From positions 38,750,001 to 38,814,000 of the forward strand of contig NC_135817.1 in the NCBI RefSeq assembly GCF_964213995.1: a stretch of DNA of 64,000 nucleotides, written 5' to 3'. Source of the stretch: Mustelus asterias. Its lineage: Eukaryota. The translations under genes were made by a program, and so were the position numbers. The notes beneath the pieces were generated by a model. It was not told the DNA's origin. It did no database searches and saw only the letters and a list, made by a program, of their open reading frames with translations. Below, piece after piece: positions 12,990 to 24,500 of this stretch. The first letter of the stretch is position 1. Each line of letters opens with the position of its first letter.

Positions 12990-15900
12990 GTTCCACTTAT
13001 TCCAGGATGGTCCCTGAACCGATCTGGGACCAGTGTTCTAGCAAAAAGGATAAATAGGGTGGTCACAAGGACTTTAAACTAGCAAGGTGGGGGGGAAGGG
13101 AAGAGTAAAACTGCAGGAAATATAATGGTTAATAGAAAGCAAAGCAGCAGGTTAGCATGTGGGGAGAAGGTTTCAACGACATCGAAAATCAGGAAAAAAG
13201 TTAAAAGGAGAACTCAGGAAATGTTATTAATGGAGGTGTTAGAATTCAAAAAGATACAAAATCTAGCATAAAGGCACTTTATCTGAATGCTCGTAGCATT
13301 CAAAATAAGGTAAATTAGTTGACGGCACAAATCATTGCAAATGAGTATGATTTGGTGGCCGTTACAGAGACATGGTTGCAGGATGGTCATGACTGGGAGT
13401 TAAATATCCAGGGGTATCAGACTGTTCGGAGGAACAGACAGGAAGGTAAGGGAGGTGGTGTAGCTCTGATATTTAAGTGAGATATGATATGGGTTCTATG
13501 GAAAAAAAGGTTGAATCCATTTGGGTGGAAATTAGAAATAGTAAGGAGAAAAAGTCACTGATAGGCGTAGTCTATATGCCACCAAATAATGACATCATGG
13601 TGGGGCGAGAAATAAACAAATAACTGACACATGTAAAACTGGTACAATTATGGGGGATTTTAATCTACATGTCGATTGGTCAAACCAGGTCAGTGAAGGC
13701 AGCCTTGAGGAGTTCATAGAATATATTCGCGATCGCTTCCTTGAACAGTATGTAATGGAACCTATGAGGGAGCAAGTTTTCCTAGATCTGGTCCTGTGTA
13801 ATGAGACAGGAATAATTAATAATCTTACAGTTAGGGATCCTCTCGGAAGAAGCGATCACAATATGGTTGAATTTAAAAGCGTGAAAAAGTAAAATCCATT
13901 ACTAGTATCTTGCGCTTAAACAAAGGAGACTACAATGAGGGAGGAGTTGGCTAAGGTAGACTGGGAGCAAAAATTTTATGGTGGGACAATTGAGGAACAG
14001 TGGAGGACGTTCAAAGTGATTTTTCACAGTGCTCAGCAAAAGTGTATACCAGTGATAAGGAAGGAACGTAGAAAAAGAGATAATCAGCCATGGATATCTA
14101 AGGAAATGAAGGAGAGTATCAAATTGAAAGAAAATGCATACAAAGTGGCAAAGATTAGTGGGAAACTAGAGGATTGGGAAATCTTTAAAGGTCAACAAAG
14201 CCACGCAAAAAGCTATAAAGTAAGATGGAGTAAGAGAGTAAAGTAGCTCAGAATATAAAAACAGATAGCAAAAGTTTCTACAAATATATAAAACGAAAAA
14301 GAGTGGCTAAAGTAAACATTGGTCCTTTAGAGGATGAGAAGGGGGATGTAATAACTGGAAATGAGGAAATGGCTGAGGCATTGAACAGGTATTTTGTGTC
14401 AGTCTTCACAGTGGAAGACACAAATAACATGACAAAAATTGATGATGAGAAGCTATGACAGGTGAGGACCTAGAAACTATCATTATCACTAAAGAGGTAG
14501 TGTTGGGCAAGCTAATGGGCTGAAGGTAGACAAGTCTCCTGGCCCTGATGGAATGCATCCGAGCATACTAAAAGAATTGGCAAGGGAAATAGCAAATGCA
14601 CTAGTGGTAATTTACCAAAATTCGCTGGACTCTGGGGTGGTTCCTGCAGATTGGAAAACAGTAAATGTGAAGCCACTGTTTAAAAAAGGTGGGTAACTAT
14701 AGGTCGGTTAGCTTAACTTCTGGAATGGGGAAATGCTCGAGTCTATCAAGGAAGAAATAGCGAGACATCTGGATATCAATTGTCCCATTGGGATGATGCA
14801 GCATGGGTTCATGAAGGACGAGTCATGTTTGACTAATTTGGTGCAATTCTTTGAGAACATTATATGTGCAGTGGACAATGGGGAACCTGTGGATTTGGTG
14901 TATTTGGATTTCCAGAAGGCATTTGACAAGGTGCTGCACCAAAGGCTGCTGCAAAAGATAAAGGTGCACAGTGTTATGGATAATGTATTAGCATGGATAG
15001 AGGATTGGTTAACTAATAGAAAGCAAAGAGTGGGGGTAAATGGGTGTTTTTCTGGTTGGCAATCAGTGACTAGTGGTGTGCATCAGGGATCAATGTTGGG
15101 ACCACAATTGTTTACGATTTATATAGATGATTTGGAGTTGGGGACCAAGTGTAGCGTGTCAAAATTTGCAGATGATACTAAAATGAGTGGCAGAGTAAAA
15201 TGTGTAGAGGACACTGAAAGTCTGCAAAGGGATTTTGATAGTCTAAGTAAGTGGGCAAGGGTCTGGCAGTTGGAGTACAATGTTGGTAAAGGTGAAGTCA
15301 TCCTTTTTTGGTAGGAACAACAGCAAAATGGACTATTATTTAAATGTTTAAAAAATTTGCAGCATGCTGTTGCGCAGAGGGACCTGGGTTTCCAGGTGGT
15401 TTGCAGGTAATTAAGGCGGCAAATGGAATTTTGTTCTTCATTACTCGAGGGATGGAGTTTAAAAACAGCAAGGTTATGTTGCAGCTGTGTAAGGTGCTGA
15501 GAGGCCACACCTGGAGTACTGTGTACAGTTTTGGTCTCTTTGCTTGAGAAAGAATAACCTGGCACTGGAGGAGGTGCAGAGGAGATTCACTAGCTTGATT
15601 CTGGAGTTGAGGGGGTTGGCTTATGAAGAGAGACTGAGTAGACTGGCGCTATAGTCATTGGAATTCAGAAGAATGAGGGGAGATTATGAAGGGAATAGAT
15701 AAGATAGAAGCAGGGAAGTTGTTTCCACTGGCAGGTGAAACTAGAACTAGGGGGCATGGCCTCAAAATACGGGGAAGCAGATTTATGACTGAGTTGAGGA
15801 GGAACTTCTTCACCCAAAGGGTTGTGAATCTGTGAAATTCCCTGCCCAGTGAAGCAGTTCAGGCTACCTCATTGAATGTTTTTAAGGCTAGATACATTTT

Positions 15901-15995
15901 GGAACAGTAAAGGAATTAAGGGTTATGGTGAGCGAGCGGGTAAGTGAAGCTGAGTCCACAAAAAGATCAGCCATGATCTTATTGATTGGCCTACC
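12990..15995 (+). mobile_element. CR1 LINE with the end of ORF1, a decayed full ORF2 (endonuclease + RT) and 3' tail
   Basis: Motifs LNARSI, VTETWL, MGDFN, SDHNMVEF, YLDFQKAFDKV and KFADDTK appear across several frames. Confidence 0.92.
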
Positions 15996-16649
15996 CCTAG
16001 TTCTGTCCCAGGTTTTTTTCTGTGGTGTGTTGTTAGCGGATTGTAGCTGCCATCACCAATGAAATTTGCGAACTTTCGCTTAATTGTTATTCAGTGACCC
16101 CCCCCCCCCCCCCCAACTGCACGAGTTGAAATACATCTTTGGCAGGATTAGCTTGGGTGACACCTTTTACAGCCAACATGCACTGTCAAAAATCACACAA
16201 AAATGATTGGGTAATATACAGGAGTATCTTCAGAACTATATTCCAGCATCCTGTTAATGCCTTGAGAAGAATGAGAGATTTTGCAGAAAAAGGGAAAATG
16301 TCATCTCTTAAAAACCCACATGACAAATATATAGGTCTTCAAAAAAAAAGGAAATGAGACAATTCTGGAATTTAAAGTATAAATATAACATTTACAAACC
16401 GAATTTTTCAAAATGCCAGCATGCTTTATGGGATGCAGACTAATTTCATAAAAATTGTTTATAGTAAGTCAACTAAAAGTTAAATGCTGAAAACAGAAAA
16501 CTTTGATGCACATTATCTCTGATATATATTGATGCAGGAAATATATCAGGGATAACGTGCATCAAAGTTTTGGTTTCAAAAGCATGTGCAGAAAATCTCC
16601 ATGACATTTGCTGTGTTCAAATACATTAGTATCAGTGTTCAAATGTTAC

Positions 16650-17565
16650 TCAGCAACAACGTTGTATTTATATAGCGCCTTTAATGTAATAAAGTGTTCC
16701 AAAGACGCTTCACAGAGGCATTTTAGAACAAAATGTGATATTAGGGCAGATGAAGAGGTAGGTTTTCAATTTAAAAAAACGTAAATTTGTACAGCACTTT
16801 TCACAATGGAACATCCAAGTGTGCTACAGCATATTAAGTACTTAGAAGTGCAGTCAATGTGGGAAAAGTGGCAGCCAATTTGAACATATGCTCTCAGAAA
16901 CAGCAATACAAAAAAACTAGATAATCTATTTTCTAACTTTGAGATAAGTATTGGCCAGGACACTGGGGTTAACTCCCTTGACTCTTCATTGAAATAGTGT
17001 TCTGGAATCTTATATGTGCACATAGAATGGCAGGCAGTCCCTCTGTTAAACATCTGATCAAAAGGCACCTAACAGAACAGCACTCCCTCAGGATTGCAAT
17101 GGAGTGTCAGCCATAATTTATGTGCTCAAGTCCTGGAGTGGGTCTTGAATCCACAATCTTTTGTATCAAAGGCGAGTGTGCTAAAAAATAAGTCACGTTA
17201 GCAAGGAAGTCAAAGCAGCAAGTGTTTAAGGAAGATATCGCAGAGCCAAGTTTCAAGCAGATGAAAGCAAAGCCACCAATGGAGTAGTGAAAAAAACTGG
17301 GGATGATCAAGAAGCCGGAATTAGATGAAAGCAAGATTGTAGCGCTGGAGGAGATTAGAAAAATAGGGAGACCAGACCATGGAGAGATTTGAAAACAAGG
17401 ATGAGAATTTTAAAATCAAGGTATTGCTTAATCAAAAGCCAAACTAGATCAGCGAACACAGGGTGATGGATGAATGGCATTTGTTTATGTGCAGAGTTTT
17501 GAATGAGTTCAACATTAGGGACAGTACAATGTGGGAGGCCAACTAGAAGAACGTGGAATTATCAA
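16650..17565 (-). mobile_element. L2-like LINE 3' fragment with nested Deu-SINE (SacSINE1-like, ~16780-17190)
   Basis: L2-type tail caacaac.ttgtatttatatagcgccttt and GGAGAGATTTGAAAACAAGGATGAGAATTTT; inner element has Deu-like AAGTATTGGCCAGGACAC...AAATAGTG and a tRNA-like head CTTGAATCCAC. Confidence 0.65.
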
Positions 17566-17631
17566 GTTTTATAAGCTAACATAGTATATTTTGGAAACAA
17601 TTGTGTGACACTTTTACCATTTAATATATCT

Positions 17632-17785
17632 CCAGGTGCTCCAGTTTCCTCCCACAGTCTGAAAGATGTATTGGTTAGGTGAATTGACCTGAATAGGTGC
17701 CGGAGTGTGGCGGCTAGGGGAATTTCACAGTAACTTCATTGCAGTGTTAATGTAAGCCTTATTTGTGATTAAATAAACAAACTTC
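17632..17785 (+). mobile_element. V-SINE tail type 2 fragment
   Basis: TTTCCTCCCACAGTC core followed by TTCACAGTAACTTCATTGCAGTGTTAATGTAAGCC. Confidence 0.8.
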
Positions 17786-18231
17786 ACTTCAATATGCAAC
17801 CTAGATCACCAAAATTAATTTTGGGGGAGATTTTTGTACATTCTGGTTCTAATGTGTTCCTTAGATTCTATATGTAATATCCAGAACCATCTATTCCAAT
17901 CAATTCAATAGCTTTTATTCCAACTTTAGGACAGGACATTAGAGACAAGTATTAAAATTAAACTTACTATCTGAAATATAATTGTTGCCTTTTAATATGT
18001 AAAAAAAAAATTCCAATTCTATTAATGATAATCTAAAGAATTTTGGATCTTTAGTTACCCAAAGCTAGTGCTCCCCAGATTAAAATGAGATAGAAAAAGC
18101 AAGCATTTGATAAATGTTGGGCTCATAACTCAGAAAATAAAACTGAGTAGTTATTAGTAGAAGGGAAAACATGAAAAACGAAACAAGAGGGCAGAGTTTG
18201 AGAACAGAATACCAGATAACAAAAGAGAGCC

Positions 18232-19030
18232 CAAGTCCAAAGATGTGTAGGTTAGGTGGACTGCCATGCTAAATTACCCTTGGTGCCCCAAAATGTAGGT
18301 TGGGGTTATTAGCAGGTAAACACATGGAATTATGGTGATAAGGCTGGGTAAAATGCTGAGTTGCTGCAGACTCGATAGAACAAATGTTCTCCTTCTGCAC
18401 TGTGGGGATTCCATCATCTACGATCTTAAAAACAAAGATAGTGAAAGGTACTCAAATGAAGGGTGGGTCAGCCAGGGATCAAAAAGAAAATCTTATCAAG
18501 TACAGGGTTCGATTAAGGTTTTACATAGTGAGAAAATGCTGCAAATGTCACAATAGGAGGTACTAGTGAAATGGGATAGGATAAACAGCTTTGCAGTGCT
18601 TAAATTTGAAAAGCCACTCTGTCTGGATGGCATGACTGAACCATTGAAATTCAAAGGGTCTCGTCACAATCTTCTAATTTTCCTTAACTATGAAAGTGGC
18701 ACCAGAGGACTGGAGTATTTCAATTTTGATATGTTTGGAAATAAAGGGAGGTATAAAGCCAGTCATGCTAGATCAATCAGCCAAACATTGGCTGTGGAGA
18801 AGCTTTTAAGCTATGAATCAAACATAAAATTCATTAGAACTTGGAAAGAAGGTAAATTGTGTTTGACTAACTTCAGAGTTCTTTGTTGAAATAACAGAGT
18901 TAGGGAAAATGACATTTGAATAGTACAGAATCGACCAATGAGCAAAACTGAAGTTCATGGGATTAAATGAGAAATGACTATATGAATACAAAATTGTTTA
19001 AGGGACAAAAAAAAGTAATGGTGAATGAAA
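18232..19030 (+). mobile_element. 3' half of an HE1-like SINE (18232-18420) followed by an old CR1 fragment
   Basis: GTCCAAAGATGTG.AGGTTAGG SINE segment; degenerate KEGKLCLTN in ORF 18566..18889. Confidence 0.6.
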
Positions 19031-21200
19031 ACAGAAAGAAATGAAATACACAGCAGGTCTGGCTGCCTATGGATGGAGAACCCTAATTAACATTTCAGAT
19101 TGATGACTTTCCAGAATTCGCCCCCCCCAGCAGAATTGAAGAAAAGTTGTTGGTGCTGTTTCTCTCTCCAGACTCTGCCAGCATTGCTGAGTATTTGTTT
19201 TAACTTTGTATTACTGCAATGTAAATTTCTTCTAATTAAAAAGAGCCAATTATCAAATCAGAAATATGAAATACACCAGCAGGAGTGAAGGCCAATTTCC
19301 CCCTCAGCTTTATCTGAAAGGTGCTACATCTACCGAGGCTGCATTTCATTTAAAAAGCAGCAGGTAAAACTTGTGATCATTAAACATTTATCCCATCTTT
19401 TACGTTATACATTAGAATAATTAATGCTGCATTGGTAGGACAATAGAACATTTCAGTTGAAAATAAAAGTTACAGATATCACAAGTACAAAACAATGAAT
19501 ATTAAAGGATTTAGAGTTGATTTTTAAATATTCACTTAATTATCTTACATGATCACTAATTAAACTTAGTAAAAGTATGAACCATAGAAAACAGATTAAT
19601 CAAATACTTTAACTACGAGATGAGGATTTAAGAGGCATAGAAACTTCAGATGTTTTGCCAAAATGAAAAAGAAATGCGATGGTGGAACTACAGTCAAGGA
19701 TAAAAGATGGTGTTTTACATGTAGATGCTTCCTTAGAATGTTCAAGAGACGATACCTGCAGTATTCTGGACATTGTTTATTTCACGCTTTGCAGTGTTTT
19801 TCTTATTTTATTTTCTGATCCTTGCATAACAAGGAAAAAGCTTATTTCATTCTGCTAGAGTTTCACTGTAAGGTACTAACGGACTGTTACATAAGGATGA
19901 TGGTAAGAATACCACATGCTTAATGCAGTCACAGAATTAAAATGGTTCCTTTAACGAGTGGAGCCGCCTGGGACTGAAGGATTTTTTTCCTTCCCTTTTG
20001 TTGCCCATTTGTATAGTTTCATAGCCATAAGTCACTGTTGGTACTTCATTCAATAGCCATTTTTGACAAGTGAGCCTTGATATCATGTGTTGACAGTAAA
20101 AGATACAATTGAACTTAATCTGTTCACCCATTTCATCTCAAGCAAAAAAATACTGGCCATCCTTGACACAAAGCCACAGGTGCCAATTGATTAGCTTCCC
20201 TGACTGAATTCAGCATAGATTGATCGATATGGCTAAACCAGCTGAACCCCTTGGGAAATCATGCAAGTTATACAATACAGCATGTAAACAATTTGCAGAG
20301 ACAAAAAGTCACTTGGGAGAAAAGTAAAGAAAAAAGAAACTGATCTCAGAATTTTCTGAATCAAAATCCTTGATCCTTGCATTCAAACACAGACACCTAT
20401 GGTCAGTTGCTGTCAAAATGTTATGTTTTTTTGTGCAACTACTTGGCAGAGCAAACCTCCAACTGATAATCATATCCATTTTTGTTACTTCATATTAATC
20501 ATAACAGGATTGAAACAAAGAAATATTAAGCACCAGATTATGGTAATCAGTCCAAGGTTTGGAATTATTTTAAATAAGTAACACCATCAAAAATGCTATG
20601 TCCCTGTAAATTGTATACCAATGAAAAAACTATTTCCACTCTATCCCAGACCTTCAGCCACTGCTTTACACCAGTGTGACATCTTTTAATTCTCATACAA
20701 GCTATCCTTGTAATGAGTGAGAGATTAGCAATTTTTAAAGTATTGTGATAGTTGCGTGTTGTGAGCTCACGTCCTACAGACTCTGCCCATTCATTTCAAT
20801 CAGGATCCTTACAGATAGCTGCCAAAGAGATTTTTATTCCATCATTCTGCATTGGATTTCAGCCCCAGATGTGAAAGGACAGATCAATGTTATTTTTTAC
20901 TTTGGTGATAAAAAGTTAGAACTAATTTCCAGCTTGAAGAGTTAATTGAATTCTTGTAAGAAACACTTAAAATACTGCAATTAAGTTTGATACTCAGCAA
21001 GGGTGGGTTTAAATGGAATGGAGGGTCTTGACCTGGCTTTAAAAAATTGCCTCTTTACTCTCATATTATAATTTACTAAATACTCTGCAAGTACAATTGC
21101 TTGTGGTGCAGTCAGAAAAATCATATTTGAATGAAATAGATGAAAGATGTGGGCTTAGGAGGGAAATATATACGAGTGATAAGGAGGGTAAAAACACACA

Positions 21201-21285
21201 TTTAATTCTAAATGTCAAAACACTTTTAATGTTTTATGTTTACTGACTGCCAATGTTGACAGACCTGATTGAATGGAACTTTATT
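21201..21285 (-). terminator. candidate EIF2S3 polyadenylation signals
   Basis: Minus-strand AATAAA at 21280-21285 and ATTAAA at 21225-21230 and 21201-21206, followed by a GT/T-rich tract, 220-300 nt after the stop codon. Confidence 0.5.
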
Positions 21286-21503
21286 CTTGCTGAAAACACA
21301 ACTTCTATTCAAATATAAATTAGATTCATCACCAGGAGATATTTGAATTTTTGTTTTAAAAAATCACTTTTCCAAATTTACTGGCATGATACCAGAAGTT
21401 CTTTTAAACCATGTTTAAGCAGTATTCAACAGTATTTGGAAAATGCTAGGTACTGCTACAGGTAGTCCACTAGTCCTCTTCAATGCTACCACTGTCTCCA
21501 GCT

Positions 21504-21567
21504 TTAATCATCATCGACTGTTGGCTTTATCGTTACACCTCTTCTTATCTGACCCCAGCCAATTAAA
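21504..21567 (-). CDS. EIF2S3: EIF2S3 exon 12 coding part ([20 protein letters not shown])
   Basis: ctttcacAG acceptor; TAA at 21506-21504; conserved C-terminus. Confidence 0.96.
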
Positions 21568-24500
21568 CTGTGAAAGAAAGTAAGTTAATTAGTCATGTGA
21601 ATGAAACAATGCATGTTAATAGTTTATTCAACTGTAGAATGATATTAACAATCGATTCTAATCTACTTTCTGGAAGGGATCACTTGCCAGGTTGCCACCT
21701 CCTCTTGCTTTGCTCTGCTCTCCCTAGTTCAAAGGTAAATTATACTGTCCCTATCGGTGTAGTAGGGATGTAGGAAATGTCGGTTAATTCAGAATAGAAA
21801 ACAGAGGAGACCAGACCTTCATGGTCGGTATGGTTTGGTAGCATACTAGGTGGTGTATTTACCAACAAAAAAGTAGGAACGAAAGCAATGTGATTCCACA
21901 GAACTTGAGCATTGCTCAAAAAAGAGACATGGTGATGAAGCTTTTGTCTTGTCCTCATCAGGACAGATGCAAGAATAAAAAAATTCAAGGGTGCCTATTG
22001 GTTAGCAAAAGTCTGCTCTGATTGGACCTGGCATTGCCATTTTAATTTGATTTGATTTATTGTCACATGTATTAACAGTGAAAAGTATTGTTTCTTGCGC
22101 GCTATACAGATAAAGCATACCGTTCATAGAGAAGGAAACGAGAGAGTGCAGAATGTAGTATTACAGTCATAGCTAGGGTGCAGAGAAAGATCAACCTAAT
22201 GCAAGGCAAGTCCATTCAAAAGTCTGACAGCAGCAGTGAAGAAGCTGTTCTTGAGTCGGTTGGTGCGTGACCTCAGACTTTTGTATCTTTTTCCCAACGG
22301 AAGAAGGTGGAAGAGAGAATGTCCGGCGCGTGGGGTCCTTGATTATGCTGGCTGCTTTGCCGAGACAGTGGAAAGCATAGACAGAGTCAATGGATGGGAG
22401 GCTGGTTTGCGTGATGGATCGGGCTAAATTCACGACCTTATGTAGTTCCTTGCGGTCTTGGGTAGAGCAGGAACCATACCAAGCTGTGATACAACCAGAA
22501 ATAATGCTTTCTATGGTGCATCTGTAAAGGTTGGTGAGAGTCGTAGCTGACATACCAAATTTCCTTAGTCTTCTGAGAATGTGGAAGCGTTGGTGGGCTT
22601 TCTTAACTATAGTGTTGGCATGGGGGGACCAGGACAGGTTGTTGGTGATCTGGACACCTAAAAACTTGAAGCTCTGGATTGTTTCTACTTGGTCCCTGTT
22701 GATGTAGACAGGGACATGTTCTCCTTTGCGCTTCCTGAAGTCGATGACAATCTCATTCATTTTGTTTACATTGAGGGCGAGACTATTGTTGCTGCACTGG
22801 TTCACTAGATTCTCGATCTCATTCCTGTACTCTGTCTCGTCATTATTTGAGATCCGACCCACTACAGTGGTGTCGTCAGCAAACTTGAAAATCGAATTGG
22901 AGGGGAATTTGGCCACACAGTCATAGATGTATAAGGAGTACAGTAGGGGGCTGAGAATAGAGCCTTGTGGGGCACCGGTGTTGAGGATGATCGTGGAGGA
23001 GGTGTTGTTGCCTATCCTTACTGATTGTGGTCTGAGAGTTAGAAAATGGAGAATGCACCAGGGAATAACTGTTCCACCAAGATTATGATTAATTCAAAAA
23101 AGGCACAATCTCTGGACACGTTCTTTCTGCTTGCAGAGGACAGGTCTCGTAGCTTCTAGCAACGCTATGTGATTAGCCACATTGCGAGCCTAACTGAAAA
23201 CAAACTGGATGTTGGTCGATTCCACTAGATAGTTCAGCAAATGATATCCAATTGCAGAATCACATATAACATTATCTTCTGAGTTTTGCAAGCAGAGGCT
23301 GGTTAAGTACAAAGAACAAAGTAACTTACAGCACAGGAACAGGCTCTTCGGCCCTCCAAGCCTGCACTGACCATGGTGCCTGACTGAACTAAATCCCCTA
23401 CCCTTCCGGGAACCATATCCCTCTATTCCCATCCTATTCAAGTATTTGTCCAGACGCCCCTTAAAACTCACTATTGTATCTGTAGTAAGTTCCAGGCACC
23501 CATCACCCTCTGTGTAAAAAACTTGCCTCGTACATCTCCTTTAAACCTTGCCCCTCGCACTTAAACCAATGCCCCCTGGTAATTGACTCTTCCACCCTGG
23601 GAGAAAGTTTCTGACTATCCACTCTGTCCATGCCCCTCATAATTTTGTAGATTTCTATCAAGTCGCCCCTCAACCTCTGTCATTCCCAGTGAGAACAAGC
23701 CAAGTTTCTCCAACCTCTCCTCATAGCTAATGCCCTCCATACCAGGCAACATCCTGGTAAATCTTTTCTGTACCCTCTCCAAAGCCTCCACATTCTTCTG
23801 GTAGTGTGGCAACCAGAATTGAACACTATATTCCAAGTGCAGCCTATCTAAAGGTTCTATAAAGCTGCAACATGACTTGCCAATTTTTAAATTCAATGCC
23901 CCGGACGATGAAGACAAGCATGCCGTATGCCTTCTTGACTACCTTCTCCACCTGCGTTGCCACTTTCAGTGACCTGTGTATCTGTACACCCAGATCCCTC
24001 TGCCTATCAATACTCCTAAGGATTCTGCCATTTACTGTATATTTCCTATCTTTTTTAGAACTTCCAAATGCATTACCTCACATTTGTCCAGATTAAACTC
24101 CATCTGCCATCTCTCCGCCCAAACTTCCAACCGATCCATGTCCTGCTATATCCTCTGATGGTCCTCATCGCTATCCACAAATCCACCAACCTTTGTGTCA
24201 TCCGCAAACTTACTAATCAAACCAGTTACATTTGCTTCCAAATCATTTATATATATTACAAATAGCAAAGGTCCCAGCGCTGATCCCTGAGGAACGCCAC
24301 TTGTCACACCCCTCCATTCAGAAACGCACCCTTCCACTGCTACCCTCTGTCTTCTATGACCGAGCCAGTTCTGTATCTACCTTGCCAACTCACCTCTGAT
24401 CCCATGCGACTTCACCTTCTGCACCGGTCTGCCATGAGGGACCTTGTCAAAGGCTTTACTGAAGTCCATGTAGACAACATCCACTGCCCTACCCTCTTCA

